A stretch of DNA of 64,000 bases, taken from a virus (taxonomy: Duplodnaviria; Caudoviricetes). The DNA is taken from positions 1 through 64,000 of IMG/VR virus record IMGVR_UViG_3300019378_000009. One strand, 5' to 3'. The stretch's first letter is position 1, and each line of letters starts with the position of its first letter. The position numbers and the translations under genes were made by a program. This document shows positions 14,841 to 23,518 of the stretch, piece by piece. The notes beneath the pieces were generated by a model that was not told the origin of the DNA, ran no database searches, and was given only the letters and a program-made list of their open reading frames with translations.

Positions 14841-15010
14841 TTAAAACAGAATGTATAAATTGTACAAAATCTAATTATTGCGGCAAAGATAGTTTCGGTA
14901 ATTTGCGTTTTGGGTGCAACAACTCTTTTTGTGTAAAAGAAGATGTCGTACCAAACAAATACCGCGATGAAATTCTACAGGAGTATAAGAATGGCGGCAA
15001 GAATTCTTGA
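14837..15010 (+). CDS. small Cys-rich protein
   Basis: ATGA overlap with upstream stop; CxxC. Confidence 0.55.
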   Translation: MIKTECINCTKSNYCGKDSFGNLRFGCNNSFCVKEDVVPNKYRDEILQEYKNGGKNS

Positions 15011-15839
15011 CGGAAAGACTTGCTCCGAGCAAGCACTTGAACTAATAAATAAAAACCTCCACGATAATGACCCGCCCACGCTGGTCATTTATCGCATTGG
15101 CGATGACCCGGCTTCTGCTGTGTATGTACGAAATAAGGTGCATGCTGCGGAGAGGGTAGGTATCCACGCGATTGTTCGTGAATGTCCTGCCGAACTGAAA
15201 CCCAGTAACTGGTACCAAGTGATAAAAAGCATAGAAATGGATGCCGAGAATCCCGAGATAGACGGTATTATGGTCCAATTACCGCTTCCAGAGGGATGGG
15301 ATGACGGCTCTTTGATAGATAGAATACCGCCCGAAAAAGACGTAGATGGTCTAACCAGTGAGAATATGGGCTTGCTACATGAAGACAGAGCATGGCACGA
15401 ACCCTGTACAGCGAAGGGTATTATGTGGCTACTCCACGAAAACGGCATACACCTCACCGGCAAGCACGTTGTTGTAGTAGGTAGAAGTGAAATCGTGGGC
15501 AAACCCGTTGCACTTCTCGCACTCAATAACAATGCTACGGTAACCATTTGTCATTCCCGCACGAGGAACCTCACAGAGATGACCAGACAGGCAGACATCC
15601 TCATAGTCGCTGTCGGCAAGCCGGGACTGATTACGGTAGATATGGTGAAGCCTGGTGCTGTTGTAATTGATGGGGGCATAAACAGAACAGCAGAAGGCAA
15701 GTTGGTTGGAGACGTAGACTTTGATGAAGTCAAAGAGGTTGCAAGTTGGATTACTCCTGTGCCAGGTGGTGTCGGACCAATGACAGTCGCAATGCTTATG
15801 ATGAATACATTTCATGCACAAAGAAGTGTAACTATATAA
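14991..15839 (+). CDS. folD: bifunctional methylene-THF dehydrogenase/cyclohydrolase
   Basis: ILDGK, YVRNK, VQLPLP, KDVDG, GRSEIVGKP, ITPVPGGVGPMT. Confidence 0.96.
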   Translation: MAARILDGKTCSEQALELINKNLHDNDPPTLVIYRIGDDPASAVYVRNKVHAAERVGIHAIVRECPAELKPSNWYQVIKSIEMDAENPEIDGIMVQLPLPEGWDDGSLIDRIPPEKDVDGLTSENMGLLHEDRAWHEPCTAKGIMWLLHENGIHLTGKHVVVVGRSEIVGKPVALLALNNNATVTICHSRTRNLTEMTRQADILIVAVGKPGLITVDMVKPGAVVIDGGINRTAEGKLVGDVDFDEVKEVASWITPVPGGVGPMTVAMLMMNTFHAQRSVTI

Positions 15840-15853
15840 AAGGAGAAAAAACA

Positions 15854-16075
15854 ATGGAAAAAATTCAAGAAACAATTAAAGTTAAACATGATACTGAACG
15901 CGAAGCAGTAGAGTTTATTGACGCAGAGCGCAAGAGAGCAAAAGAAGAAGGCTTTGAAATTAAGAAAAGTGGATATGTAAGAAAGGCTAAGAAAAGCAAA
16001 GGGGTTGAGGTAGCAGACTGGTACCTTTCAGAAATAACCTACAAGTATGCCGAGGAATACATAGCGGAGGGTTAA
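15854..16075 (+). CDS. hypothetical protein
   Basis: AGGAG SD, 73 aa. Confidence 0.7.
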   Translation: MEKIQETIKVKHDTEREAVEFIDAERKRAKEEGFEIKKSGYVRKAKKSKGVEVADWYLSEITYKYAEEYIAEG

Positions 16076-16076
16076 T

Positions 16077-16727
16077 ATGCAATGGATTGACTCTAGTGTT
16101 AAACTATTAACTACTGAGCCTGCCGCAGACATACTTGCCCGCATTGAACTAGCTACTAGAACCTGTTATCGTAGCGAAGATAAAATTGCAGAAGGCACAG
16201 CAGAAAAACTTGTTCGCGGATGCATTAAGCGCGGACATGAATCAGTCATAGAACACGGAAGTTTAACTTTTGAAATTATTTGTGATCGCGGAGTTTCGCA
16301 TGAACTTGTTAGACATAGATTAGCCTCTTATTCACAGGAGTCTACTCGCTATTGTGCATATAATAAAAGCAAATTTGGTAGTGGATTGACCTTCATCAAA
16401 CCATGGTGGTTTCAAGATCGAGGCTATGAAACAGCAGTTCATGCCATTGATAGAGCCACTCGTTCTGCAGAACGGGAATATTTAAAAATGTTGGAAGCTG
16501 GTTTTAGCCCTGATGTTGCAAGATGTGTATTGCCTAATTGTTTAGCAACTAAAATAATTGTTACAATGAATATGCGTGAGTTACGTCATTTTATTAAATT
16601 GCGTTCTAGCAAATATGCCCATGGTGATATACGTATTATCGCAACCAAAATGTATGAACTTATGATAGCCAATGGTTTTGGTATATTTGTAGAAGATATA
16701 AATATTTCTTGTGACAGCAATATATAA
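16077..16727 (+). CDS. thyX: flavin-dependent thymidylate synthase
   Basis: GHESVIEH and RHRLASYSQESTR motifs. Confidence 0.96.
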   Translation: MQWIDSSVKLLTTEPAADILARIELATRTCYRSEDKIAEGTAEKLVRGCIKRGHESVIEHGSLTFEIICDRGVSHELVRHRLASYSQESTRYCAYNKSKFGSGLTFIKPWWFQDRGYETAVHAIDRATRSAEREYLKMLEAGFSPDVARCVLPNCLATKIIVTMNMRELRHFIKLRSSKYAHGDIRIIATKMYELMIANGFGIFVEDINISCDSNI

Positions 16728-17169
16728 TAAAAACGCAATCGTAGAACTTTGTAATCGCGGCTATCACAACCGACATATCGCAATTGTAATGGGTTGTGGA
16801 GAAGATACAATAGCAAGGATAAGAAAACAAAAAGAAAGTATCGAACCTACTCTTAAATTTCTTTCCGTGGAACAGAAACAAAGATTGCTTGTTTTGGACA
16901 AATTATTGCGGCTGAAGCCTTTAGAGCAAAAATGGTCTAGTAATGATTATTATTACATTACTATTTTAAAATTTCTTCTTATTCCGCGCGAACAAATTTA
17001 TTCAATATATAAGCATGCGCCGCAAAACCGTGTTGCTCAAGCACATCGAGAGCTTGCGCCTAAATTACAAGAACTTGATTATACCTTATTAGGAATAACA
17101 TCAGAAGAATATAAACAATTTATTATTGGGTGCTATAAAGTTATCGGCGATCCAGCTAAATGGAAGTAA
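16711..17169 (+). CDS. hypothetical protein, possible N-terminal HTH
   Basis: GYHNRHIAIVMGCGEDTI pattern. Confidence 0.65.
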   Translation: MTAIYNKNAIVELCNRGYHNRHIAIVMGCGEDTIARIRKQKESIEPTLKFLSVEQKQRLLVLDKLLRLKPLEQKWSSNDYYYITILKFLLIPREQIYSIYKHAPQNRVAQAHRELAPKLQELDYTLLGITSEEYKQFIIGCYKVIGDPAKWK

Positions 17170-17171
17170 AA

Positions 17172-17200
17172 TTGACAAAAGCCCCAATTTATGTTATAAT
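17172..17200 (+). promoter_or_regulatory. consensus sigmaA promoter
   Basis: TTGACA-17-TATAAT with TG. Confidence 0.85.
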
Positions 17201-17307
17201 AATTTCAGAAAGTAAATTAAAAAGACCAAAGAGACCCGTCTTTACTTTCGTAATGGGGTAAGGGGAGCGGTATCTCCCCTTTAAGTATTTTTAAAAGGAG
17301 AAATGAA

Positions 17308-17583
17308 ATGAAATTTTACAGTGAAGAACTTAAAAAATTATTTGATTCTGAGGAAGAATTGAAAAAGGCTGAAAAGGCACATAGAGTAGAACATAACAAG
17401 AAAATGAAAATAATGAATGAGATTGAAACTCACTTTACTACTGCTTGTGATGAATTTGATATTGTTTTTAAAAAGCTTGAAGAAGTTAATGATATTATGA
17501 CAGATGAAGAAGTAACTAATTTGTTTAAAAAATTACTTGCTAAAATTCCAAGTTTTATGTCCTCATTTTCGTTTATTATATAA
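17308..17583 (+). CDS. hypothetical coiled-coil protein
   Basis: MKFYSEELKKLFDSEEEL, AGGAG SD. Confidence 0.8.
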   Translation: MKFYSEELKKLFDSEEELKKAEKAHRVEHNKKMKIMNEIETHFTTACDEFDIVFKKLEEVNDIMTDEEVTNLFKKLLAKIPSFMSSFSFII

Positions 17584-17654
17584 CTAAATTTGACTCCTCA
17601 GCCAAAGTGTGGTATAATATAAATGTAAGAAAGGGGAGTCTTACGAGGTAATGA

Positions 17655-18068
17655 ATGGAACTTATCATAGGCTTAGTTGGTGCTACTGCAACTCTTATTG
17701 GTACAGTTTGGGGTATTGTAAAATATTATGATGTTAAACGTACCAAAGCAGAAAAAGAAGCAAAAAAAGAGCAAGATGAAAAGAACGCTATTCTTGACAA
17801 TATTCTCAAAAAGCTTGAGCTATTGAATAAACAAGTTGATGAGAATGAGATGGATAGACTTCGTACAGATATTATAAATTGTGTGAATAAGTTACAAAAT
17901 GGCTATATAGCTAGTTCAGATTATTTGGAACATATTCATCATGCATATGACAAATATACCTCAAAAGGCGGCAACTCTTATATAGAAGATTGTATGGATT
18001 ATGTGCGCTCGTACGAAGAAGAATGTAGAAGAAATGGTGTTATCGGCTTTGATAATGTCGAAGATTAA
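17655..18068 (+). CDS. holin-like protein (N-terminal TM, YxxxGGNSY)
   Basis: single TM, coiled coil, GGNSY motif. Confidence 0.7.
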   Translation: MELIIGLVGATATLIGTVWGIVKYYDVKRTKAEKEAKKEQDEKNAILDNILKKLELLNKQVDENEMDRLRTDIINCVNKLQNGYIASSDYLEHIHHAYDKYTSKGGNSYIEDCMDYVRSYEEECRRNGVIGFDNVED

Positions 18069-18109
18069 TACGGCGCCCTATAAATGGGCGCTTTACTTTT
18101 AGGTGGATA

Positions 18110-18673
18110 ATGAATACATTATTTTGTATAATAGGCAGAAGTGCCACGGGAAAAGATACGCTGACTAATGCAGTTTGTGAACAATTGGGGTTACAAAAAG
18201 TTGTTAGTCATACAACTAGACAACCTCGCTATGGAGAAAAAGAAGGTATAAATTATTACTTCTCTGCTATGGATGAATTGATTGCGGCTGAAAATACTAT
18301 GAGTATTGCAGCACAAACCCAAATAGGCGCAAACTATTATTGGACAACAAAAGATGAGATAAAAAATAAAGATATATATATAATCGACCCTCTTGGTTTT
18401 GAAAATTTAAAAAAGAATATGAAGGATGAGGTACGCTTCGTAACTATTTATATTAGCGCGCCCACTTTAGACAGAGAGAAGAGAGCCTTATTACGCGATC
18501 CCAATACTATAAAACAATTTATAAACAAATGCGAAGCAGAAGATGTGCAATTTTCAGAATATGAACACTGGCGCTCTTATGATTATTGTGTACACAATAC
18601 ACATTTTGAAATAGCATTTGAACAGTTAAAAACAATTTTAATAAAAGAAAGGGAAAACATTCATGCATTTTGA
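18110..18673 (+). CDS. gmk: guanylate kinase
   Basis: GRSATGKD P-loop, SHTTRQPRYGEKEGINYYF. Confidence 0.92.
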   Translation: MNTLFCIIGRSATGKDTLTNAVCEQLGLQKVVSHTTRQPRYGEKEGINYYFSAMDELIAAENTMSIAAQTQIGANYYWTTKDEIKNKDIYIIDPLGFENLKKNMKDEVRFVTIYISAPTLDREKRALLRDPNTIKQFINKCEAEDVQFSEYEHWRSYDYCVHNTHFEIAFEQLKTILIKERENIHAF

Positions 18674-19154
18674 AAAAATTAGTTATGACAATTGGAAAGA
18701 ATGGTTTGATAACAACACTGATACTTTTACAGAAAAAGAAATTATAAATTTTTATAATAATATACAACTTCCTAAAGCAAGCTCTCAATATGCGGCTGGA
18801 CATGATTTTTATTGTCCAATTCCGATATATGTGTCTTCTACACCAATATTGATACCAACAGGTATAAGATGGGTAACAGAAGAAGGAGATCTAGACAAGG
18901 TACTTATTATTGCTCCTCGTAGTGGGCTTGGCGTAAAGTTTGGATTAAGACTGCGCAATACAATTGGTATCATTGATGCAGACTATTGTTTGTCTAACAA
19001 CGAAGGTCATATTATGGCTTCTGTATCCGCTGAAAAAGAGTTCTTTTTGGGCGACGGAGATCGTTTTGTGCAAGGAATTGTTTTACCTTATTATCGTTGT
19101 GGCGAAGCAAGTAATCAGATTCGCAATGGTGGTTTTGGCTCAACAGGAGAATAA
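18663..19154 (+). CDS. dut: trimeric dUTPase
   Basis: AGHD, PRSG, GIIDADY, RNGGFGSTG. Confidence 0.95.
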   Translation: MHFEKISYDNWKEWFDNNTDTFTEKEIINFYNNIQLPKASSQYAAGHDFYCPIPIYVSSTPILIPTGIRWVTEEGDLDKVLIIAPRSGLGVKFGLRLRNTIGIIDADYCLSNNEGHIMASVSAEKEFFLGDGDRFVQGIVLPYYRCGEASNQIRNGGFGSTGE

Positions 19155-19157
19155 GAT

Positions 19158-19622
19158 ATGAAAAAGTGGATGTATTATGTCATACAATGGACTTGGGGCA
19201 TAGCATTAAATATTATCGGGGCTCTTGTATGTTTATGTGTCTTAGTAGTTGATAGCGTTTATTGGATCTTTAAACATAGACATTGTTGCACTTTTTATAA
19301 ATATCGTAATTCTATTTGTATTGTCATACCATGGAATTTTGGTGGATTAGAGCTTGGTATGTTTTTTATGCGAGGCCGACTTAATGAAAGTATTTGCGCG
19401 CATGAATATGGACATGGCATACAAAATATGTGGTGGGGCCCTTTGTATATATTTGTAATTTGGATACCTAGTATTATACGCTACTGGTGGAGAATAATTT
19501 ATATGAAGCGGTTTTATCCAAAAACACGAAAAGTATTACCGCCTTATGACTCCATTTGGTTTGAAGGACAAGCAACAGAATTGGGAAATAAAGCTGCAGC
19601 AAATTACTGGTCGTGGTTATAA
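19158..19622 (+). CDS. membrane protein with HExxH motif
   Basis: HEYGH, WFEGQA, TM helices. Confidence 0.75.
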   Translation: MKKWMYYVIQWTWGIALNIIGALVCLCVLVVDSVYWIFKHRHCCTFYKYRNSICIVIPWNFGGLELGMFFMRGRLNESICAHEYGHGIQNMWWGPLYIFVIWIPSIIRYWWRIIYMKRFYPKTRKVLPPYDSIWFEGQATELGNKAAANYWSWL

Positions 19623-19625
19623 GAT

Positions 19626-19649
19626 AGGGCGGTTTGAGACCGCCCTTTT
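19626..19649 (+). terminator. intrinsic terminator
   Basis: AGGGCGGT/ACCGCCCT plus Ts. Confidence 0.75.
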
Positions 19650-19722
19650 AAATTTGACAAAATATAGAAACTGTGATATAATAAAATAGAGAAGAAGAAA
19701 ACAATAATGAAGAGGTGTCAAT

Positions 19723-20070
19723 ATGATACTTGGACAAAACACCGAAGGATATGTAGATTTTTGCTTTTATGACGAAGAAGATACAATTTTGGATGCGTCT
19801 AACTTTGTCTGTGTAGAATTTACATTTGATGTAAAAGGTAAACATCAAGTAATTAAATATTGGCCGCAAGATCCAAAGATTGAGTTTAATGCGGCAAACA
19901 ATGTGTTTTCCGTATGGTTGACACAGCAAGAAACACAAAATTGGACAAATCAAATTCCAGTTCAAGCAAGAATGGAATTTATAGATGGTACAATTGACTC
20001 AACTGAAATAGATTATTGGTATATACGCTCCTGTTTAAACAAAGAGGTGATGCATAATGATAAAGCTTAA
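19723..20070 (+). CDS. BppU N-terminal-like (baseplate) domain protein
   Basis: LTQQET...VQAR...DG motif of this phage family; promoter at 19654-19682. Confidence 0.55.
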   Translation: MILGQNTEGYVDFCFYDEEDTILDASNFVCVEFTFDVKGKHQVIKYWPQDPKIEFNAANNVFSVWLTQQETQNWTNQIPVQARMEFIDGTIDSTEIDYWYIRSCLNKEVMHNDKA

Positions 20071-20293
20071 AGTTGCATCAAGACAAAAATCACCTGTGCG
20101 TTTATGTTCCGATGGTTCTGCTGTTTCTATTGCAAGTATTAATAAATTAATTGAACTTAAAATGCAAGAACTTGCAAAAGTAGCAAAGTCTGGATTGATG
20201 GAAGATTTAAATATTGAACAGGATACTGAGATTATTTTAGATTGCGGCACAGTAAATATAAATGAAACAGAATTAAACAATACAATTGTATAA
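20057..20293 (+). CDS. hypothetical protein
   Basis: LAKVAKSG..DL..ILDCG motif common in tail-fibre C-termini. Confidence 0.6.
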   Translation: MIKLKVASRQKSPVRLCSDGSAVSIASINKLIELKMQELAKVAKSGLMEDLNIEQDTEIILDCGTVNINETELNNTIV

Positions 20294-20306
20294 TTGGAGG
20301 TTGACA

Positions 20307-21248
20307 ATGTATACAAAACAAAATTTTATAGGTGGACAAGTGTTAAAAGCAGAACACTTAATCAAAATGGAAGAGGGCATCATAGAGTGTCAAATAGGTC
20401 TTGAAGTTGGAAAAGCTGCAGGCTCTATTCAGCAGATGGGCTTTACGATGTCAAATGGTACAACAACCTTAGGCGCCATTGCTTCTGGAGAGGGTGCAGT
20501 TGCATTTGGTGGTCAACGTTTTGACAAGGCTGGCGAAGCCGTTGCTGACGAACCTCAAACTGAAGCAAAGGGAAAACAATCTTTTGCTGCAGGTGGAGGC
20601 GTAATTGTTAATGGAGATTGGTCGGCAGCTTTTGGCAAAGAAACCAAAGCATTTATGAGAGCTGGTTTTGCTATAGGTGCTGCATGTCAGGTTGGTCTTA
20701 CTCAGGCTGAATATGACAGTGCAACGAATAATTATGCTAATTGGAGACTAACTCAAGGCAAGAATGATAACGAGTCTTTAAGTAAGAAGCTGGATTATAA
20801 TGCGGAGTATTCCTCAGCCTTGGCCGCAGGTGAAAAAACTGGCGCCTATGGTAGAGGATCGTTTACACATGGTATCGGAACTAAAGCTTGGGGATATGCT
20901 TCAGAAGCAGGTGGCAAGAATTGCATAGCTAATAACTGGTATGTATACGCAGGTGGTCTTGATACCAAAGTCTCAGGTAAAGGATCATTTGCACATGGTA
21001 TAGGATTACAACTTATAGAAGACTGTACGGCAGCATTCGGTAGATATAATGATGGAGTTGGCGGTGACTATTTGTTTGAAGTGGGTAATGGCATAAATGA
21101 ATATAACAGAAGAACTGCTTTTGCAATAAATGGCAACGGAGATTTATTATTCTACAACTATCATGATAATAAATTGTATTCACTATCAGATATAATTAAC
21201 GGGCTGGGTGGCTTTTTTGAATACGCAGTAGCAAAAGATTATAACTAA
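20307..21248 (+). CDS. YadA-head-like beta-roll repeat adhesin/fibre
   Basis: repeated SxAxG..TxAxG units; LFEVGNG..RRTAF. Confidence 0.7.
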   Translation: MYTKQNFIGGQVLKAEHLIKMEEGIIECQIGLEVGKAAGSIQQMGFTMSNGTTTLGAIASGEGAVAFGGQRFDKAGEAVADEPQTEAKGKQSFAAGGGVIVNGDWSAAFGKETKAFMRAGFAIGAACQVGLTQAEYDSATNNYANWRLTQGKNDNESLSKKLDYNAEYSSALAAGEKTGAYGRGSFTHGIGTKAWGYASEAGGKNCIANNWYVYAGGLDTKVSGKGSFAHGIGLQLIEDCTAAFGRYNDGVGGDYLFEVGNGINEYNRRTAFAINGNGDLLFYNYHDNKLYSLSDIINGLGGFFEYAVAKDYN

Positions 21249-21258
21249 TAATTATAAT

Positions 21259-21288
21259 AGGCAAGTCCGAAATGATGACTTGCCTTTC
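21259..21288 (+). terminator. intrinsic terminator
   Basis: AGGCAAGTC/GACTTGCCT hairpin. Confidence 0.65.
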
Positions 21289-21326
21289 TCTAAAAAATTT
21301 GAAATGACAATTTGTCGGAGAAACCA

Positions 21327-22156
21327 ATGAAACAAAAAACTTTTGAACAAATTCGTGTCCAAATTAAGGGAGACATAGAAGAAAATTTAAAAAAGCAACA
21401 GGGTTTGTGCCACTTGATAGAGAGTTGGTAGTAAGAAAACCCGATGAAAAATATAAATATCCCAGATTAAGAATGGGAGATGGCAAGACAAATGTTAATG
21501 ATTTGCCAGAAATTAATGTTCAACCCGACTGGGAACAAACAGATCCCAGTCAGCCCGATTATATAAGAAATAAGCCAGAAATTAATAGTGGTAGCGCAAC
21601 TTCTTGGAACGACCTTACTGATAAGCCGTTTGGTGAGGAAGTTACCGAAGGTGTTCTCACTTTTGATGGTGATTTGACTGGTCGTGAATATATTGATTAT
21701 GGGGATGGTTATTGCTTTGTTAAGATGTCTGATCGTTTCTTGACAGAGGAAGATTTGGCACAAGCAACCATTACTTTTTGGAATAACGGCAGTACATACG
21801 ATGCAAATGCAGTTATCGAAAGCCAGACTTTAGGCGACCTTACAGTCATTATAGTGTTGGCAGATCACGAAATAAGTGGCGGAATGGTTGTGACATTAAA
21901 CAGCGACGCCCCGCTTTTTGGAGAGCCACCAATGTCGGCAGGTACTTGGTTCCAATATGTCACCGATGTAGATAGTGAAGTAGATAGCTACCCAATTAGC
22001 CTTTCCTGTCTTACTGGCTTAGTAGGAACCATCAAGACTCTCGACGAAAAGTATATCCCCGACAGTATCGCAAGAACAGAGGATATATTGACCGAAGAAG
22101 ATGTGTCTACTCTTATCAACAAAGCATTGGGGGTAATTGAAAATGGCACTTATTGA
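21327..22156 (+). CDS. Mtd_N/hyaluronidase-like fibre protein split by a -1 frameshift at 21389-21395
   Basis: ATG with GGAG SD; -1 frame continues KKATGFVPLDRE..MGDG; QPDWEQTDPSQPDYIRNKP. Confidence 0.6.
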
Positions 22157-22607
22157 AAAACTTGATGCAATCGGAAGCGCAATAAGAGCAAAGACGGGCA
22201 AGACCGCCAAAATGACACTTGACGAGATGCCGAGCGAGATTGCAAGTATTGAAACAGGTGGAGCGAACAATTACGCCAAGTTTACCGCAACAACAGACTC
22301 GTCAATATCTTTTATAATTGAAAATCCTTTAGGCGGAATTGCAAAAAAAGTGTCCATAAAGGCTATATCACCAACAATAACATCATCGAGAAAAATTCAC
22401 GAATGCTGTTTGGATTGGGATGTAAAGCTTGGTGCGGTTAAAGCATATTATACAAGTGGTAATGTTACCTATGCTATGGTGGGTATTGAAGGAACTCCAA
22501 ACAACGGACAGTTTAGAATGACCGAAAGTTTTATTACTGCGTATCGTTTTAATAGTGCAACCAGTTGGGATACTACTTGCGAATATGAAATTGAAATATA
22601 TCAATAA
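22143..22607 (+). CDS. tail-fibre-associated protein
   Basis: LDAIGSAIRAKTGKTAKMTLDEMP motif. Confidence 0.65.
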   Translation: MALIEKLDAIGSAIRAKTGKTAKMTLDEMPSEIASIETGGANNYAKFTATTDSSISFIIENPLGGIAKKVSIKAISPTITSSRKIHECCLDWDVKLGAVKAYYTSGNVTYAMVGIEGTPNNGQFRMTESFITAYRFNSATSWDTTCEYEIEIYQ

Positions 22608-22622
22608 TTTGCGGAGGGTAAT

Positions 22623-22856
22623 ATGATTATAGAAATTCCATATAAATCAAAAAAAGACGGAACGGTAAGACTCATCAAGAGATTTTCCGACAAGGGCGTG
22701 CAAATCCGAAAGGTTGGCACAGACGAAATCTATGATGAAGCGGTTGATGTCGAGGATGCGCAGTTTGCTTACGAGGAAACTGATATTCCCGTAGGTGGCA
22801 CCGAAGACGAAGCTGCCGAAGCAGATTATCAGACCGCCCTTGGAGATGTGGGGTAA
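22623..22856 (+). CDS. fibre-associated small protein
   Basis: SDKG..IRKVGT.EIYDEAVD..YEETD motif. Confidence 0.65.
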   Translation: MIIEIPYKSKKDGTVRLIKRFSDKGVQIRKVGTDEIYDEAVDVEDAQFAYEETDIPVGGTEDEAAEADYQTALGDVG

Positions 22857-22860
22857 AGAT

Positions 22861-23031
22861 ATAACCAGAACAGAACTTAAAACAGCGGTTGCGGCCACAA
22901 AGACCGAAACTAGGGAAGCATTACAGATCGTTTATGATTCTCTTAATCAAGGTTAACAAAAGAAACTTCTAAAAAATGACGGAGTAAAGAGTTTGTTCGT
23001 ATTTTATGGCGTGATTGTTGACCCTGAATAA
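22861..23031 (+). pseudogene. decayed small gene
   Basis: protein-like frame with ATA in start position and in-frame TAA at 22954. Confidence 0.5.
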
Positions 23032-23038
23032 CTAAAAA

Positions 23039-23068
23039 AAAGCACCACGCATTAAAACGTGGTGTTTT
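23039..23068. terminator. likely bidirectional terminator
   Basis: AGCACCACG/CGTGGTGTT flanked by A and T runs. Confidence 0.65.
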
Positions 23069-23069
23069 A

Positions 23070-23234
23070 TTATTCCTCCTCATAGTCGTCAGAAATTACG
23101 GCCCAGGTTTCCATTCTTTCGTAATACTTATCAATATAACTATTACCACCAATGGCTTTATAATCCTTATAATACTGAGTGAGTGTTTCTTTTTCGTGCT
23201 CTTCCAGTGTTCTTGTAAGATGTCCGCTACACAA
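23070..23234 (-). pseudogene. C-terminal remnant of a GGNSY holin-like gene
   Basis: minus frame reads YYKDYKAIGGNSYIDKYYERMETW; N-terminal TM missing. Confidence 0.6.
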
Positions 23235-23247
23235 TTGTTTTTCAAAT

Positions 23248-23276
23248 TTGACAAAAGTCTCAAAATGTGTTATAAT
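23248..23276 (+). promoter_or_regulatory. consensus sigmaA promoter of nrd operon
   Basis: TTGACA-17-TATAAT with TG. Confidence 0.85.
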
Positions 23277-23306
23277 TATTATATAGAAGGCGAAGGGAGA
23301 AGAATT

Positions 23307-23516
23307 ATGCCAAACGAAATCATACTTTTTTCCACTGGTTGTCCTTTATGTAAAGGATTGGAAAAAGCTTTAAAAAATAAAAACATAGAATATATTTTAT
23401 GTAATGATATAAACACAATGAAAGAACTGGGCATTAAACAAGTGCCGCAATTGATGGTTGATGATCAATTAATGAAAAATCCCCAAGCATTAAAATGGGT
23501 TCTTTCTCAGGAGTAA
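23307..23516 (+). CDS. glutaredoxin/NrdH-like redoxin
   Basis: CPLC, VP motif, 69 aa. Confidence 0.85.
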   Translation: MPNEIILFSTGCPLCKGLEKALKNKNIEYILCNDINTMKELGIKQVPQLMVDDQLMKNPQALKWVLSQE

Positions 23517-23518
23517 AA

